Virus record (IMG/VR): IMGVR_UViG_3300021092_000008
Origin: a virus
Reading direction: 5' to 3' (one strand)
DNA: 64,000 nt
The notes under the pieces were generated by a model that ran no database searches, was not told the DNA's origin, and saw only the letters and a program-made list of their open reading frames with translations. Shown here one piece after another: positions 45,601 through 57,000 of this stretch. The position numbers and the translations under genes are program-made. The stretch's first letter is position 1. Every line of letters starts with the position of its first letter.

Positions 45601-47798
45601 AAAGTCCTCAGTTACCTGGAGGCAGCACAGCAACTGGATCTGTTGATGTATCTAATGGAACTATTTACAATGCCAACATTTCCTTATCAGGAAGAGGGTA
45701 TACAGAACCACCTTCAGTTGTTATTAAAGGAATAGGAACAGGTTCTGGAGGAGCCACAATAGAATCACTAATTGAAATTGATACTCCATCTGTACGAATG
45801 GGAATTGCTGTAGATTCTGACGGAGCTATAGTATCAACAACTCCGACAAGATTTGCTTTTGAATATCCAGTTTATTTACAAAATGATGTTAAGTATGCCT
45901 TAAACATTGAAACTGATTCGATTGATTATTTGTTATGGGCATCTAAGTTAGGAGAAGTTGAAAAAGCAACTAGTGCTGTTGTAACCACCCAACCTTTGCT
46001 TGGATCTGTTTACAAATCTCAAAATACGGATAATTGGACTGAAGATCTTTCGGAAGATATTAAATTTACTATGTACAGAGCAGAATTTAATATTTCAAAA
46101 TCTGGTGAATTATTATTATCTAATAAACCATTAGGTTACGAATTATTAGACAAAGATCCTTTTGAAACTAGTGTACGTTCAAATACAAATGCTACTTCAC
46201 CATTATTTAAGAACAACAATTATATTGTAAAACTTTTCCACAGAGATCATGGGTTTGAAGATAAAGGAAACTCATATGCTTTTTACAGAAATGTAGAAGA
46301 TGTTGGCGGTATATCATCTGTTTTATTAAATGCCGAACTATTCAAAGTTTCAAATTCTGGTATTGATACTTACAATATTCTAGGTCCAAATAGAGCAGGA
46401 TCTAGTACATTTGGTGGAGGAAATAAAGTACTAGCAACTTATAACAGAAAGTATGAAAAACTTTATGCTCAAGTTGCTTATCTTCAAGTAAATTCTACAA
46501 AAATTGATAGTTATGTAAAAACTACAAACATAGTACCAGTAGATTCAAATACTACTAATTATATTTCATATTCACAATCAGAATACGAAAAAACATTTAT
46601 CAACGACGAACATTTCTTCACTAATCAAAAAGTTATTGCCTCAAGAGTTAATGAAACAATGAACGAAATTGGCAATTCACTGACGTATAAATTTTTACTT
46701 TCTTCAAAATCAACTAATCTTTCTCCAGTAATTGATTTAAGAACTTCTTCTATCAAAACAATAAGCAATAGAGTAGAAAATTCAGCAGGTAAAGAGAATA
46801 GATATGGTAAGAGAAATCAAGTTTTATCTTTCTTACCAATTTATAATTTATCCATTGCTGTTTTAGGCGCAGCAAATTCTATTGAAGCTAACCAAACTTT
46901 TATTGGAAATAGTTCAAAAGCAGAAGGTTCGGTAATTTCTTTAAGTGGGTCCACAGCACAAGTAAAATTAAAAACTAAAACACCATTTATTAAAAATGAA
47001 ACTGTTACGGTAAAACTAACGAATGGCACCACACTCACGAGTGTTACTGTAACAATTACTGATATTTCTGAATTGACTTATACATTTGATGAAAATTCAA
47101 ATATAGTTTCTTATTTCCCCCAAAATACTTCTATATCTTATCCTAATAAGATTAATGGAAAAGTTGTATCATGGGATTCAGAAGATAAAGAATTGATAGT
47201 TGAAAATTCATATGTTCCAATTAATAATAACTATACTAGTGAGATAACTACTAATAGTCCATACACAAGAGCAGAAAATTATGATTCACAAATACCTGAT
47301 ATTTTTAGAGCAGGCGATGTAATTAAATCTGCTGATGGTAAATATGTTGAAGTTGATCAAATGACATTTACATATGGTGTTGATTATGTAGAAGAGACTA
47401 ATTCAAAAAATAGTTCTTCTCTAGCAAAATATGTAACCAAAGAAGTTTCTATTAATAATCCAGGAACTTCAATTGATTTTAGAATGACGGCAAATATCAA
47501 AGATACTGAAAATATTAAAGTTCTGTATAAAATTAAATTATCATCAGTTCAATCTAATTTTGAAGATATTAATTGGGAATATTTTAATGTAGATGGATCT
47601 CCAAATAATAAAGATCTTGCTAAACCAGCGAACTCTATATCAGGTCAATTTGAAAAACAAGATTTTTATCAGGAATTGAAATATAGTGCTTCTAATTTAC
47701 CAGAATTTGCATCATTTGCTATTAAAATTATTATGAAAACAGATGATCCAGCATATGTTCCCAAGATTCAAGATATAAGAGCTGTAGCTAGTTATTAA
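39687..47798 (+). CDS. VrlC-like (DUF4815-type) virion structural protein (2703 aa)
   Basis: LNV.PYFDDFD..KNFYKVLFRPG..VQ.RELT.LQSILQ.Q; PGAHRLKI; LARRTYDESGDY; RYTMRDIGKLEKRIERLEYYT; PLAQTF. Confidence 0.85.
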   Translation: MPQKTPLNVVPYFDDFDQSKNFYKVLFRPGYAVQTRELTTLQSILQSQIESYGKFNFKQGEQVVPGEVGLNTKINYVKLSSVSEVAVSEGENIVYKKYDIKTLIGLKLRGINSNVIANVIDSQYATETDSDTLYVTYLTSGDSNNESTFRQGETLEVVDGINTPLLVVGTDGSVLPTSITVIDPITEDTLNLNNPAMGFASAVKVQEGIYFVNGYFVRNDSQLLIIDKYYDKPSAKIGFTIVEDIVTPEEDPSLYDIARGYSNYSSPGAHRLKISLELKRFDYNAVTDKNFIQLLQIRSGSIESLIKPADYTLLEETLARRTYDESGDYVVNDFSLDIREYYQRNGNDGFYQYNPSTKLVNGLSETEASTKMVLGVGPGKAYVRGYEIVNKQTKYLTVNKARDTLTKDNVTLKSKGLSNFKITNVYGSVPLNTVGDELTAYPNVFLNGLFNDGTIGLNNTETDTYFKQTVDRRSQKFSLSDATKTIYVQIQGDLPTLASQYPTKLWFIKTRSGSVPSSVDYVDVIGHSLVNRPQVSPSPDQYFVELTILGKKSYLDTYFKEYDDAGAAKLRYLYLTEQNALAAGTAYYGWIVDYNPTITPIIGIAKPKDFSFNKRANGFNEDTDIILSRGKVGSGTDINNPLTPYTASFNFSYFNPVFFTKIITESVIDTGFSTGKYITGKTSRAYGVIENDTTENYTFGNTLFVSTLSGTFLPGETIFDEDGNSVKIATENTISHFIVNYGGNSYNNDGTKLIINGSTIDAANIRVDAFGGRIYRAVILNRTVLSETYAAPPVVTAFPTPTVPANVANITPVLFKNTVLTYTPQNIKSFASDYNQYKFTSDVDLTDTSYSSYLQITNFTFSGLKGEKYLECSGFGASLSRDLIQGDIIQFNDSNNNVVKTIVQYVTDPQGTTKSRIYLDYALQTNITNSSIIRVRPNVENVSTSSLIYPTGSKQLKSLINDNSDTKFKYYIRKDFTTDLSSSGGTITFSAQLPVGTQRFVTPTENNYILTVLDKGSSTIVDNGDIVYIDFTDPSVVQVIQSTNTNSQVTAGSFVINLPNTYFGIINQGGTYPKLKLTATVEVNKAKARLKTSISNKRIIIVSSGDKVIPLRGKDYDTDTIEVFSYSDVYKLRYVYEGTSTNPPKVDANGNLISGTDITYKFTFDDGQRDTFYDISRIVLKPGFDAPSGQLVVAFDYFEHSLGDFCTVDSYLHEAGVSSELIPTFNSTVHGVVSLKDVIDFRPKVDSNTTITGFQDISILSNPNNFDYVNFVGAGGVVSLTPASDSNLEYTMSFSETQYLDRIDGVFLTKKGDFLIKEGNSSLNPSKPEAVDDAISLCYIHIPSFTNTSKDIRILPVDNKRYTMRDIGKLEKRIERLEYYTTLSILEQQALNMQVKDEIGMDRFKSGFIVDNFEAHKIGNLQSVDYKCAIDTQQSVLRPQSKEDSIGLKEVNIREDQRIVSGYVNNNGIITLPYKEVKLLGNSNATKTINPNEFVVLQYVGDCAIFPTVDQWYDTKTAPLVVDSNTKLNTIFLAKSDVKESFSSLHNSFIINWVGTNKSFFNIESLANINSEDIKSSVSSASVSSSSNVSPQNNELAKGVGSKVVNNTKVSTGLQFFVRSIPVRFIVRRLKPNTKISVFMEGRNINRWVVPDTKFTGIAENSLSTFNSSLITDDNGNLSGIILIPNGLAPVENSKWTGDINTVSYDDSSEEIKFTTGTKTIILTSGSSGSITDNVDTFAEVKFYATGILPENPSSIVSTAPSFFKANEGVQLINNNTQSKIKPNPLAQTFKVENYDGGVFTTGLDLFFSAKSSKIPIRVYISNIDTDKPGKYIVPGTESTLYPDTYLKVYLTGDVETIKIKKSEVVVGKNSNASGPISKVYDKNNILVGDENSTEFELNKEQVYTLVLSNHNGKSFVGGSTGEPLTIPSVTTYNATNNKSALISITKDSGRVVDLKVTNLGENYESASIVIESPQLPGGSTATGSVDVSNGTIYNANISLSGRGYTEPPSVVIKGIGTGSGGATIESLIEIDTPSVRMGIAVDSDGAIVSTTPTRFAFEYPVYLQNDVKYALNIETDSIDYLLWASKLGEVEKATSAVVTTQPLLGSVYKSQNTDNWTEDLSEDIKFTMYRAEFNISKSGELLLSNKPLGYELLDKDPFETSVRSNTNATSPLFKNNNYIVKLFHRDHGFEDKGNSYAFYRNVEDVGGISSVLLNAELFKVSNSGIDTYNILGPNRAGSSTFGGGNKVLATYNRKYEKLYAQVAYLQVNSTKIDSYVKTTNIVPVDSNTTNYISYSQSEYEKTFINDEHFFTNQKVIASRVNETMNEIGNSLTYKFLLSSKSTNLSPVIDLRTSSIKTISNRVENSAGKENRYGKRNQVLSFLPIYNLSIAVLGAANSIEANQTFIGNSSKAEGSVISLSGSTAQVKLKTKTPFIKNETVTVKLTNGTTLTSVTVTITDISELTYTFDENSNIVSYFPQNTSISYPNKINGKVVSWDSEDKELIVENSYVPINNNYTSEITTNSPYTRAENYDSQIPDIFRAGDVIKSADGKYVEVDQMTFTYGVDYVEETNSKNSSSLAKYVTKEVSINNPGTSIDFRMTANIKDTENIKVLYKIKLSSVQSNFEDINWEYFNVDGSPNNKDLAKPANSISGQFEKQDFYQELKYSASNLPEFASFAIKIIMKTDDPAYVPKIQDIRAVASY

Positions 47799-47805
47799 TT
47801 TGTAA

Positions 47806-48021
47806 ATGGATTATTTAAAAGTAAGCGGGCACGATGGTCTCGTAAGGGATAATCGTACTGGAGCGATTATAAATACTGATAAAAGTGCCTTCGAAGATGC
47901 GAGAAAAACTCGCTTATCTGCTTCATCATTCAATCAAATACAACAAGACGTTCAACTTCTTAAAGAAGAACTTTCTGATATCAAAAATCTTTTACGAGAG
48001 TTATTAAAAAATGGCAGTTAG
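47806..48021 (+). CDS. Conserved cyanophage hypothetical protein
   Basis: KVSGHDGLVRD..TGAIIN.D with a C-terminal coiled coil. Confidence 0.75.
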   Translation: MDYLKVSGHDGLVRDNRTGAIINTDKSAFEDARKTRLSASSFNQIQQDVQLLKEELSDIKNLLRELLKNGS

Positions 48022-51000
48022 AAATGTAGCTAAAACCTTCACTCTAGAGCAGCAGAGACAGCAGCTCAATTTGATTGGAGCAGATTTAGGAGATGTATCT
48101 ACTTTAAATACTCCACTGCCTAATACTCTTGCTAGAGCAATTAATTATCTTGATGGTACAGTCTCTTCATATGAAGGGACTGTTTGGTATGTAACTACCA
48201 ACGGCGTGGATTCTGTGGATGTTGATCCTGAATCTCCAGGATATAGAAAAAATCCAGGTAGAACTAGAAATGTTGCTCTTAGAACAGTAAAGTATGCTCT
48301 TGCTCTAGCAAGTTCTGGAGACACAATTCATATTGGTCCTGGAACATTTGAAGAGATTTTCCCTTTAACAATACCTGCTGGCGTAGTTGTCAAAGGTACA
48401 GCAATTAGATCTACAAAAATTGTACCTACTACAGCAACAAGAACTAAAGATTGTTTCTTACTTAATGGCGATACTGGTGTAGAAGATCTTACCATTGGTG
48501 GTATGCTATTTGATCCCCTTCTCAATACAGGATGGGCATTCAGATTTGCGCAAGATAGTATCACATTAGAAAGAAGTCCTTATTTACAAAGAGTTACTGT
48601 TCTCAACAAAGGATCAGTAACTTCTGCTACTGATCCATATGGTTACGATGCTAATGATGCTGGTGGTGGTATCTTAGTTGATGGTGCTGTTGTACAATAC
48701 AATACGCTAGAACCAGCTATTCTTTGTAATGAAATTACACTCATCTGTGCCAATGCTATAGCACTTAAGATTACAAATGGAGCAAGAGTTGAATGGATCA
48801 ACTGTTTCTCTTATTTTGCTGAGTATGGTATTCTTGCCGAGTCTGGCGATCTTGGATTATCAGGTCAAGGTAGAACTCGTCTAAGATTATCTGGTGTTAC
48901 TGGAACTATTTCTCCTAATGATATTGTAAAATATTTTGATGCTTCTGGTAATTTAGTTGCTTCTGGCGTTATAGAATCGACAGCAGTAGGAAATTATTTA
49001 ATTTTAACTAACAAAGGGACTGGTTTTTTTGCTAATGCAGCAGATAGGACAGCAAAAGTTGCTACTCTAGTTGGATCTACCGCTATATCTACCAGTCAAT
49101 TCAAATTTGGTAATGCATCTTTATTCTTTCCAGAAACAACCAGTTACTTAACTTACGCTTCTGATCCTGATTTTGATTTGGGTACTGGTGATTTTACTGT
49201 AGATTTTTGGGTTAGAAGAACAGCATCTAATACTCAAGTTTTATATGATCAAAGAACTCTTGCTGGAGACACCCTCCCAGTCATTTATATTTCTGGTGGT
49301 GTTTTAAGATATTACACAGCAGGTTCTGATAGAATTGTTGGTGCCACTACAATGGCAACAAATACTTGGTATCATGTTGCTCTTTCTAGAAAAACTGGAG
49401 TAACAAGATTATTCTTAAATGGAAATCTTCAAGGATCTCCATATACTGATACTAATGTTTATCCCCAAAGCACCATTAGAATTGGTGCTAATTACAATGG
49501 TACTAGTGGATTAACAGGTTATATTGATGAATTTAGATTAAGTAAAGGTATTGGTAGATATGATACTACTTTCACTCCAGCGTCTTTTGCTTACGCTAAT
49601 GATGATTTTAATACTTTACTTCTCCATCTAGATGGAACAAATAATTCAACAATTATTGTTGATGATTCTGTAGTTATACAAGATATTAGAATTAGAAATG
49701 CTGAAGACACAGCAACTGTAGCAACTGCTGCTAGAATTATTTTGGCAGATTATCAGCAGTTTGGTGCTGAGCTGAGATCTATTTCATCTGCCGCAGAATT
49801 CGGAGATTATGGAGTAAAGGCAGATGGAACTGGATGTAAATTACGTCTCATTTCATTCAACTTAAATTTTGTTGGATCTGGAAAAGATTTTACTGCTGAT
49901 GAAACTAAGGCTATAGAAGGAAACGAAATTGTTGAAGCTAATGGTGGCGATGTTTCATATGTTACGATTGACCAAAGAGGAAATGTAAAAATTGGTGATG
50001 TATTTGAAGTAGATCAAAGACAAGGAACATTAAATTTCGGTTCACAAGCTTTTAGTGTATCAAGTCTTTCTAACATAACAGTTACTGATAACGTAGACTC
50101 AGTAGTTATTACTCCAACAAATATTACTGTTGGTAATCTAGATTTTACTGGAAACACTATTGAAACAACAACAGGTGATATTACTATTGCTCCTGCTGGT
50201 GCTGGAAGTACAACAATTGATAGCAATTTATTTGTAACAGGAACATTTGATATAACTGGAGACATTTCTACAAATGCTGATGTTAACTTTGGTGCTATTA
50301 GTGATCCTTCAACCGTAACTATTGTCGGTCAGTTAAATGCCGATAATCTAAGGATTGATGGCAATACTCTATCATCAACAAATACAAATGGTAATATTAC
50401 TTTAAGTGCTAATGGCACTGGAGTAATTGAAACTGTTAATGATGTTAATCTTGGTACATCTGGAGATTCATCTACACTAACAGTTGTTGGTCAATTCAAT
50501 GCTGATAATTTGAGAATTGATGGGAATACTCTATCATCAACAAACACAAATGGTGATATTATTTTAGATGCTAATGGAACTGGAGATGTAGTTCTTACTG
50601 GTGGAGCATCACAAGATTTTATTATTAATGATGGCACCACACCAACACCAGTAAATAAATTTGTAGTAAATTCAACTACTGGTGATGTTACAACGGAAGG
50701 TGACATAACAATTAAAGGTGGTGATATTACTGTTTCTGCTGTTGCTACTAACGTTGCTATCATTGATAATAACGCTTCTTCGTTTACAATTAAAGAAGGA
50801 ACGAATTCTTATGTAACTTTAAACACTACTAATGGTGGTGAATCAATTACTCTTCACAAAAATACAAACATTGGTGGTAATTTAATTGTAGATGGTGATA
50901 TTACATTTAGAGCAGGTCAAGGATCTAATGGATCAATAACTTTAGGTGATGTATCTACCGACTCAATTGCTTTCAATGCTCAAGTCAGTTCAAATGTATT

Positions 51001-54000
51001 ACCATTAACAAGTAATACATATGATTTTGGTAACACAACATTTAGATGGAAAGATATTTGGACACAATCAAATCTATATGCTGCTAATTTAAGAATCAAC
51101 ACTAATACACTTTCTTCAACAGATACAAACGGAAATATTATTTTTGATCCAAATGGTACTGGTAGTGTTGTAATTACTGGTGGAGCATCACAAAATTTTG
51201 AAATTAACGATGGCGCTACAACTAAATTTAGTGTTGCTTCTACAACTGGCAATACAGTATCTGAAGGAAATCTTACAGTAAAAGGTGGAACTGTTACTGT
51301 TTCTGCTGTTGCTACTAATGTTGCCATCATCGATAATAATGCTGCTTCGTTTACAATTAAAGAAGGAGCAAATTCTTATGTAACATTAAATACTACCGAT
51401 GGTTCTGAGTCCATCACATTACATAAAAATACAACTGTTAATGGCAATTTAACTGTAGATGGAGATATTACTTTTAGAGCTGGTAGTGGATCTGCTGGTA
51501 CTATTACATTAGGTGATATCAATACTGATAATATTGTATTTAATGCTGACATCAACTCAAGCTTCATTCCAGATACAAATGGCACCTACGATTTAGGTTC
51601 TACTTCCCAGAAGTGGAGAACTGTCTATGCTGGCACTGGTGGATATTTTGCCAACCTGTTACTAGATACCAACGTCATTTCATCTACTAATGCTGATGGT
51701 AATATTACCGTTGATCCTAACGGCACAGGAGACTTCATTTTTAAAGGTGGTACTTCCCAAGACTTCTTGATTAATGATGGTGCTGGAACGCCTGTAACTA
51801 AGTTTTCCGTTGCTTCTACAACTGGTGACGTAGTTGCTGAGGGAGACTTAACTGTAAAAGGTGGTGATATTACTGTATCAGCTGTTGCTACTAACGTTGC
51901 TATCATTGACAATAATGCTGCTTCATTTACGATCAAGGAGGGAACAAACTCTTACGTCACTTTAAATACCACAGATACTACAGAATCGATTACTTTACAT
52001 AAAGATACTACGTTCAGTACTAATGTAACTATCACTAGTAATCTTACCGTTAATGGTAACACTACTATCGGTGATTCTGCTATTAATGATACGGTTACAG
52101 TAACTGCTAGAGTTGCTAGTGATTTTGTTCCTTCTACAACAGGAACCAGAGACTTTGGTACATCATCACTGAGGTGGAAAGATCTTTATCTTTCTCGTGG
52201 AGCCTATATTGGTAACTTGAATGTTGATGTGGATGACAACACAATTTCCTCAACAAATACAAACGGAAATATTATTTTTGATCCAAACGGTACTGGTAAT
52301 TTACAATTTACTGGTGGAGCATCACAAAGTTTTGTTATCAATGACGGGTCGGTAAACAAATTTAGTGTTGTATCAACAAGCGGAGATACTACTACAGAAG
52401 GCAATCTAACAGTAAAAGGCGGAACAATTACTGTTTCAAATGCTGCTACTAATATTGCTATTATTGATAATAATGCCAATGCTTTAACAATTAAAGAAGG
52501 CACCAATTCTTATATTACATTAGCATCCACAGACGGTGCCGAATTAATTACTCTACATAGAAATGTATCTGCTAGTGGAACAGTAACTGTAACTGGTAAC
52601 ACCACGCTAAATGGTAGTGTGATACTAGGCGATGCTGCTGCTGATACTTTGGCAGTTAATGCTCAAATTACAACTTCAGTAAATCCAAATTCTTCTGCTG
52701 CTTTTGATTTAGGAACCAGCTCACTAAAATGGCGTGACTTACAATTAAGTCAAAAAGCATATATCGGAAATGTAGGTATTACTGCTAATACAATTGGAAC
52801 AGAAAATGCTAACGGCGATTTAACTATTGATCCTAACGGCACTGGAGATTTCATTTTCAGAGGTGGAACTTCTCAAGACTTCTTGATCAATGATGGTGCT
52901 GCTACCCCAGCAACTAAATTTAGTGTTGCCACCACATCTGGTGATATTGTAACTGAAGGAGATTTAACTGTCAAAGGTGGAGATATTACAGTATCAGCAG
53001 TTGCTACTAATGTTTCTATTATTGACAATAGTGCTTCTGCTTTTACAATTAGCGAAGCATCTAATCCATATATCACACTAGCAACAACAAATGGTTCTGA
53101 GTCCATCACATTACATAAAAATACAACTGTTAATGGCAATTTAACAGTTGATGGCGATATTACATTTAGAGCTGGTAGCAGCACTCCAGGTACAATTACT
53201 CTCGGAGATTTAAATACAGATAATATTGTATTTAATGCTGACATCAACTCAAGCTTCATTCCAGATACAACTGGCACCTACGATTTAGGTTCTACTTCCC
53301 AGAAGTGGAGAGATATTTATATTAGTCAAAAAGCTTATGTCGGTAATTTAGGATTAAGTGTAAATACAATTTCAAGTGAAGATACTGATGGTAATATTTT
53401 ACTGGCTCCTAATGGAAATGGATATGTTGAAGTTATTGGAACAAACGCGTTTATATTACCATTAGGATCAACAGAAGAGCAACCAACTGGCATTGCTGGT
53501 ATGGTTAGATTTAATAGCACAGGAACTTATTTTGAAGGGTATAATGGAACTGCTTGGGGTTCTCTTGGTGGCGTAAGATCTGTAGACAACCAGACATTTA
53601 TTCTTCCAGAAAAAAATCCTGGAGAAGCAAATAATACTTTAGAATTTCATACAGGTGGTGTTTCAAGATTAACACTTGGCAGAACGCTTCCAACGGATCC
53701 TGCTAGTGCTTTATCAATGGAGTTGAGTTCGACTATTCCTACATTCAGAATAAATGCTACTACACAATCAACGAGTATCACAACAGGAGCACTTGTTATC
53801 GCTGGCGGCGTTGGTATTGAAAAAGATCTTTTCATTGGTGGTAATATTAATGTTGCTGGAACAACATTATTTACTGGTACAACAACTAATACAGGAACAA
53901 CTAATTTTGGCATATTAAATGCCACAACAACAGCAGATAGTGTCGGTGAAACTATAACTTCTACAGGAACTGTCGGAACTGATTTCTTATTAGCAACGAC

Positions 54001-57000
54001 TATTAGTACTGTTGCTGTTGGTCATAGAATAACATTTGCTGGAAATTTTTATGCTGATGTAACAGCAATAACTCCTGGATATATCGCCACAGTAAATACT
54101 TCATCAGCTGATCCAACCAGAACTGCTGGAACATATACGGTTGGTCCAGTTTCTGGATCTTTGGCGGGAACTGTTGCTTCTTTCTCTATTACTATTGATG
54201 AAAATGGAGCAGCATCAAATGTTACAATTATTGATGGCGGTGCTGGATTTGCTGTAGCAGAAACTATTACCATACCAGCATCTGATATTGGAGGAACTGG
54301 AGATGATTTAACTTTAACCGTTGCTTCTATTAATGTAAAAATTACTGCTGGTAGTAATTGGGGAACAACTTTAACAGGAGCATTCTTTATCTATGATCCA
54401 TTAAAAATTACAGTTACTAGTGCTGTAGGTATTTCTGCTGGTCAAGATGTTATTACTTTCTTATCAACAAACATAGCATCAGGAACTACAGTTGATTCTA
54501 TAACAGCAACTACTATAACATTAAGTCAAAATGTAAGTTCTCCTTTATCTTCTACTGAAGTTGTATTTGCTAATATAGGTGATGTTATTTTAACTGGTAC
54601 TTTTACAGCAGATTATATTAGATTATATGGCAACGTATTGAGCACCACAAGAGTAAATACAGATTTAATTTTGAAACCAAATGGTATTGGAAAAGTTACT
54701 ACAACTAATGATGTCAATTTTGGAATTGCATCAGACGAATCTATACTCACTATAATTGGTCAAACTAACTTAGATAATATTAGAATTGACGGAAATGTAA
54801 TTAGTTCTAGTGATACTAATGGAAATATTACCTTAACTCCTAATGGCACGGGGGTAGTAGAAACGGTAAATGATGTAAACATAGGTAGACCATTTAATAT
54901 TTTTACAGAAGTTCCTGCCGACGAAGCTATACTTACAGTAATTGGTCAGACTAATATAGATAATATTAGGATTGATGGTAATACAATTAGTGTTACTGAT
55001 TACAATGGAAACTTAGTATTATCACCTAGTGGAGATGGTTTTGTACAAACATTAAGCGATGTATTTTTTGGTGTTAGTGGAAATGAGTCTAAACTTACAA
55101 TTGTTGGTGAGTTAGTAGTAGATACATTCAGTTTGAATGGTTCTACTTTATCTACGTCAGGAAATTTAACTATTCAAGGTGGTCCAACACATACAGTTAC
55201 AATTCAAACACCAACACAAGTCAATAAAAATACAACTTTTGGAAATACAACCACACCATTAGATGTAACAGTAACTGTAAATGGTGATTTACAAGTAGAT
55301 AATATTAACATTAATGGCAATACAATTAGCACAACCAACGACAATGCTGATTTAATTATTACTGGTAATGGCACTGGCGGTGCTTACATTGAACAGATTA
55401 GAATAGTAGATAATATTATTTCAACACCAACTAATACAACTTTAATTTTAGATCCAAAAGTTGTTGGTGATGAAACAGGAGATGTTATAGTAAATGCTAA
55501 TCTTGCTGTATTGGGAACTACTTCATTAGAAAGTGTTTCGGTTGAGCAAACCCAATCAGGTAATATTAAAATAGAAAATAATAATATTATCGCTACCAAT
55601 ACCAACGGTAGTATAATTTTAGAGGCTAATGGTGCTGGTACAATACAAACTATTAACGATGTTAACTTTGGTACTATTGGAGATTTATCAACATTTACTG
55701 TTGTTGGTGAAACACAAATTGACAATATTAATATTAATGGTAATACAATAACATCTACAAACAGTGGTGGTCTTATTTTAGAAACATTATCGATAACAAA
55801 TAATGTATTAGGATCAAGCATTGTAAACTCTAATATTGTTATCACTCCTAATGGAGCAGGAAAGACAGTCACTAGTAAAGATGTAGATATCACTGCTACA
55901 TTAACTGTAGTTGGGCAACTCAATGCTGATAATTTAAGGTTAGATGGTAATGTAATTAGTTCTACAAATACTAACGGCAATATTACTTTAACGCCTAATG
56001 GATCTGGTGTAGTAGAAACTGTAAATGATGTTAACTTTGGTACATTAGCAGATTTTTCAACGCTGACAGTAAAAGGTCAGTTTAATATTGACAACGTAAG
56101 AATTGATGATAGTACTATTTCTTCTATTGACACAACAGGTGTTATTGTAGAAACATTAAAAGTGACGGGCAATGTTCTTTCCTCAATCGGTTCAAATGCT
56201 AGTATTGTATTAACTCCAAATGGGGCTGGAAAAGTTACTACAGTTAATGATGTTGATTTTGGTACTTCTACTGATTTATCAACCTTAACAGTATTAGGTC
56301 AATTTAATATTGACAATATTCGTGTTGATGGCAATGTAATTAGTTCCACAAATACTAATGGTAATATTACTTTAACGCCTGATGGCACAGGTGTAGTAGA
56401 AACTGTAAATGATGTAAACATAGGTAGATTAGAAGATCTTTCTACATTAACAGTATTAGGTCAATTTAATATTGATAATATTCGTGTTGATGCTAGCACT
56501 ATTTCTTCTATCGACACAACAGGTGTTATTGTAGAAACTTTACAGATTACTGGCAATACACTTTCATCTGTTGCTACAAATGGAGATATCAATATTACTC
56601 CAGATGGAACTGGCAGAATTGTTACTACCAAACAAGTAAATATCACGAACACGTTAAATGTAGTTGGTCAATTTAATATTGATAATATTCGTGTTGATGG
56701 CAATGTAATTAGCTCCACAAATACTGATGGTAATATCACTTTAACTCCTAATGGATTTGGTGTAGTAGAAACTGTAAATGACGTTAATTTTGGTACAGTA
56801 GCAGACAATTCTACTTTGACAATAGTTGGACAGTTTAATGCTGATAATATTAGAATTGACACTAGCACTATTTCTTCTATCGACACAACAGGTGTTATTG
56901 TAGAAACTTTAAAAATCACTGGAAATATTTTATCTTCAATAGATGGAAATGCTGATATTGTATTAACACCTAATGGAAGTGGTAAAACAACTACAAGTAA

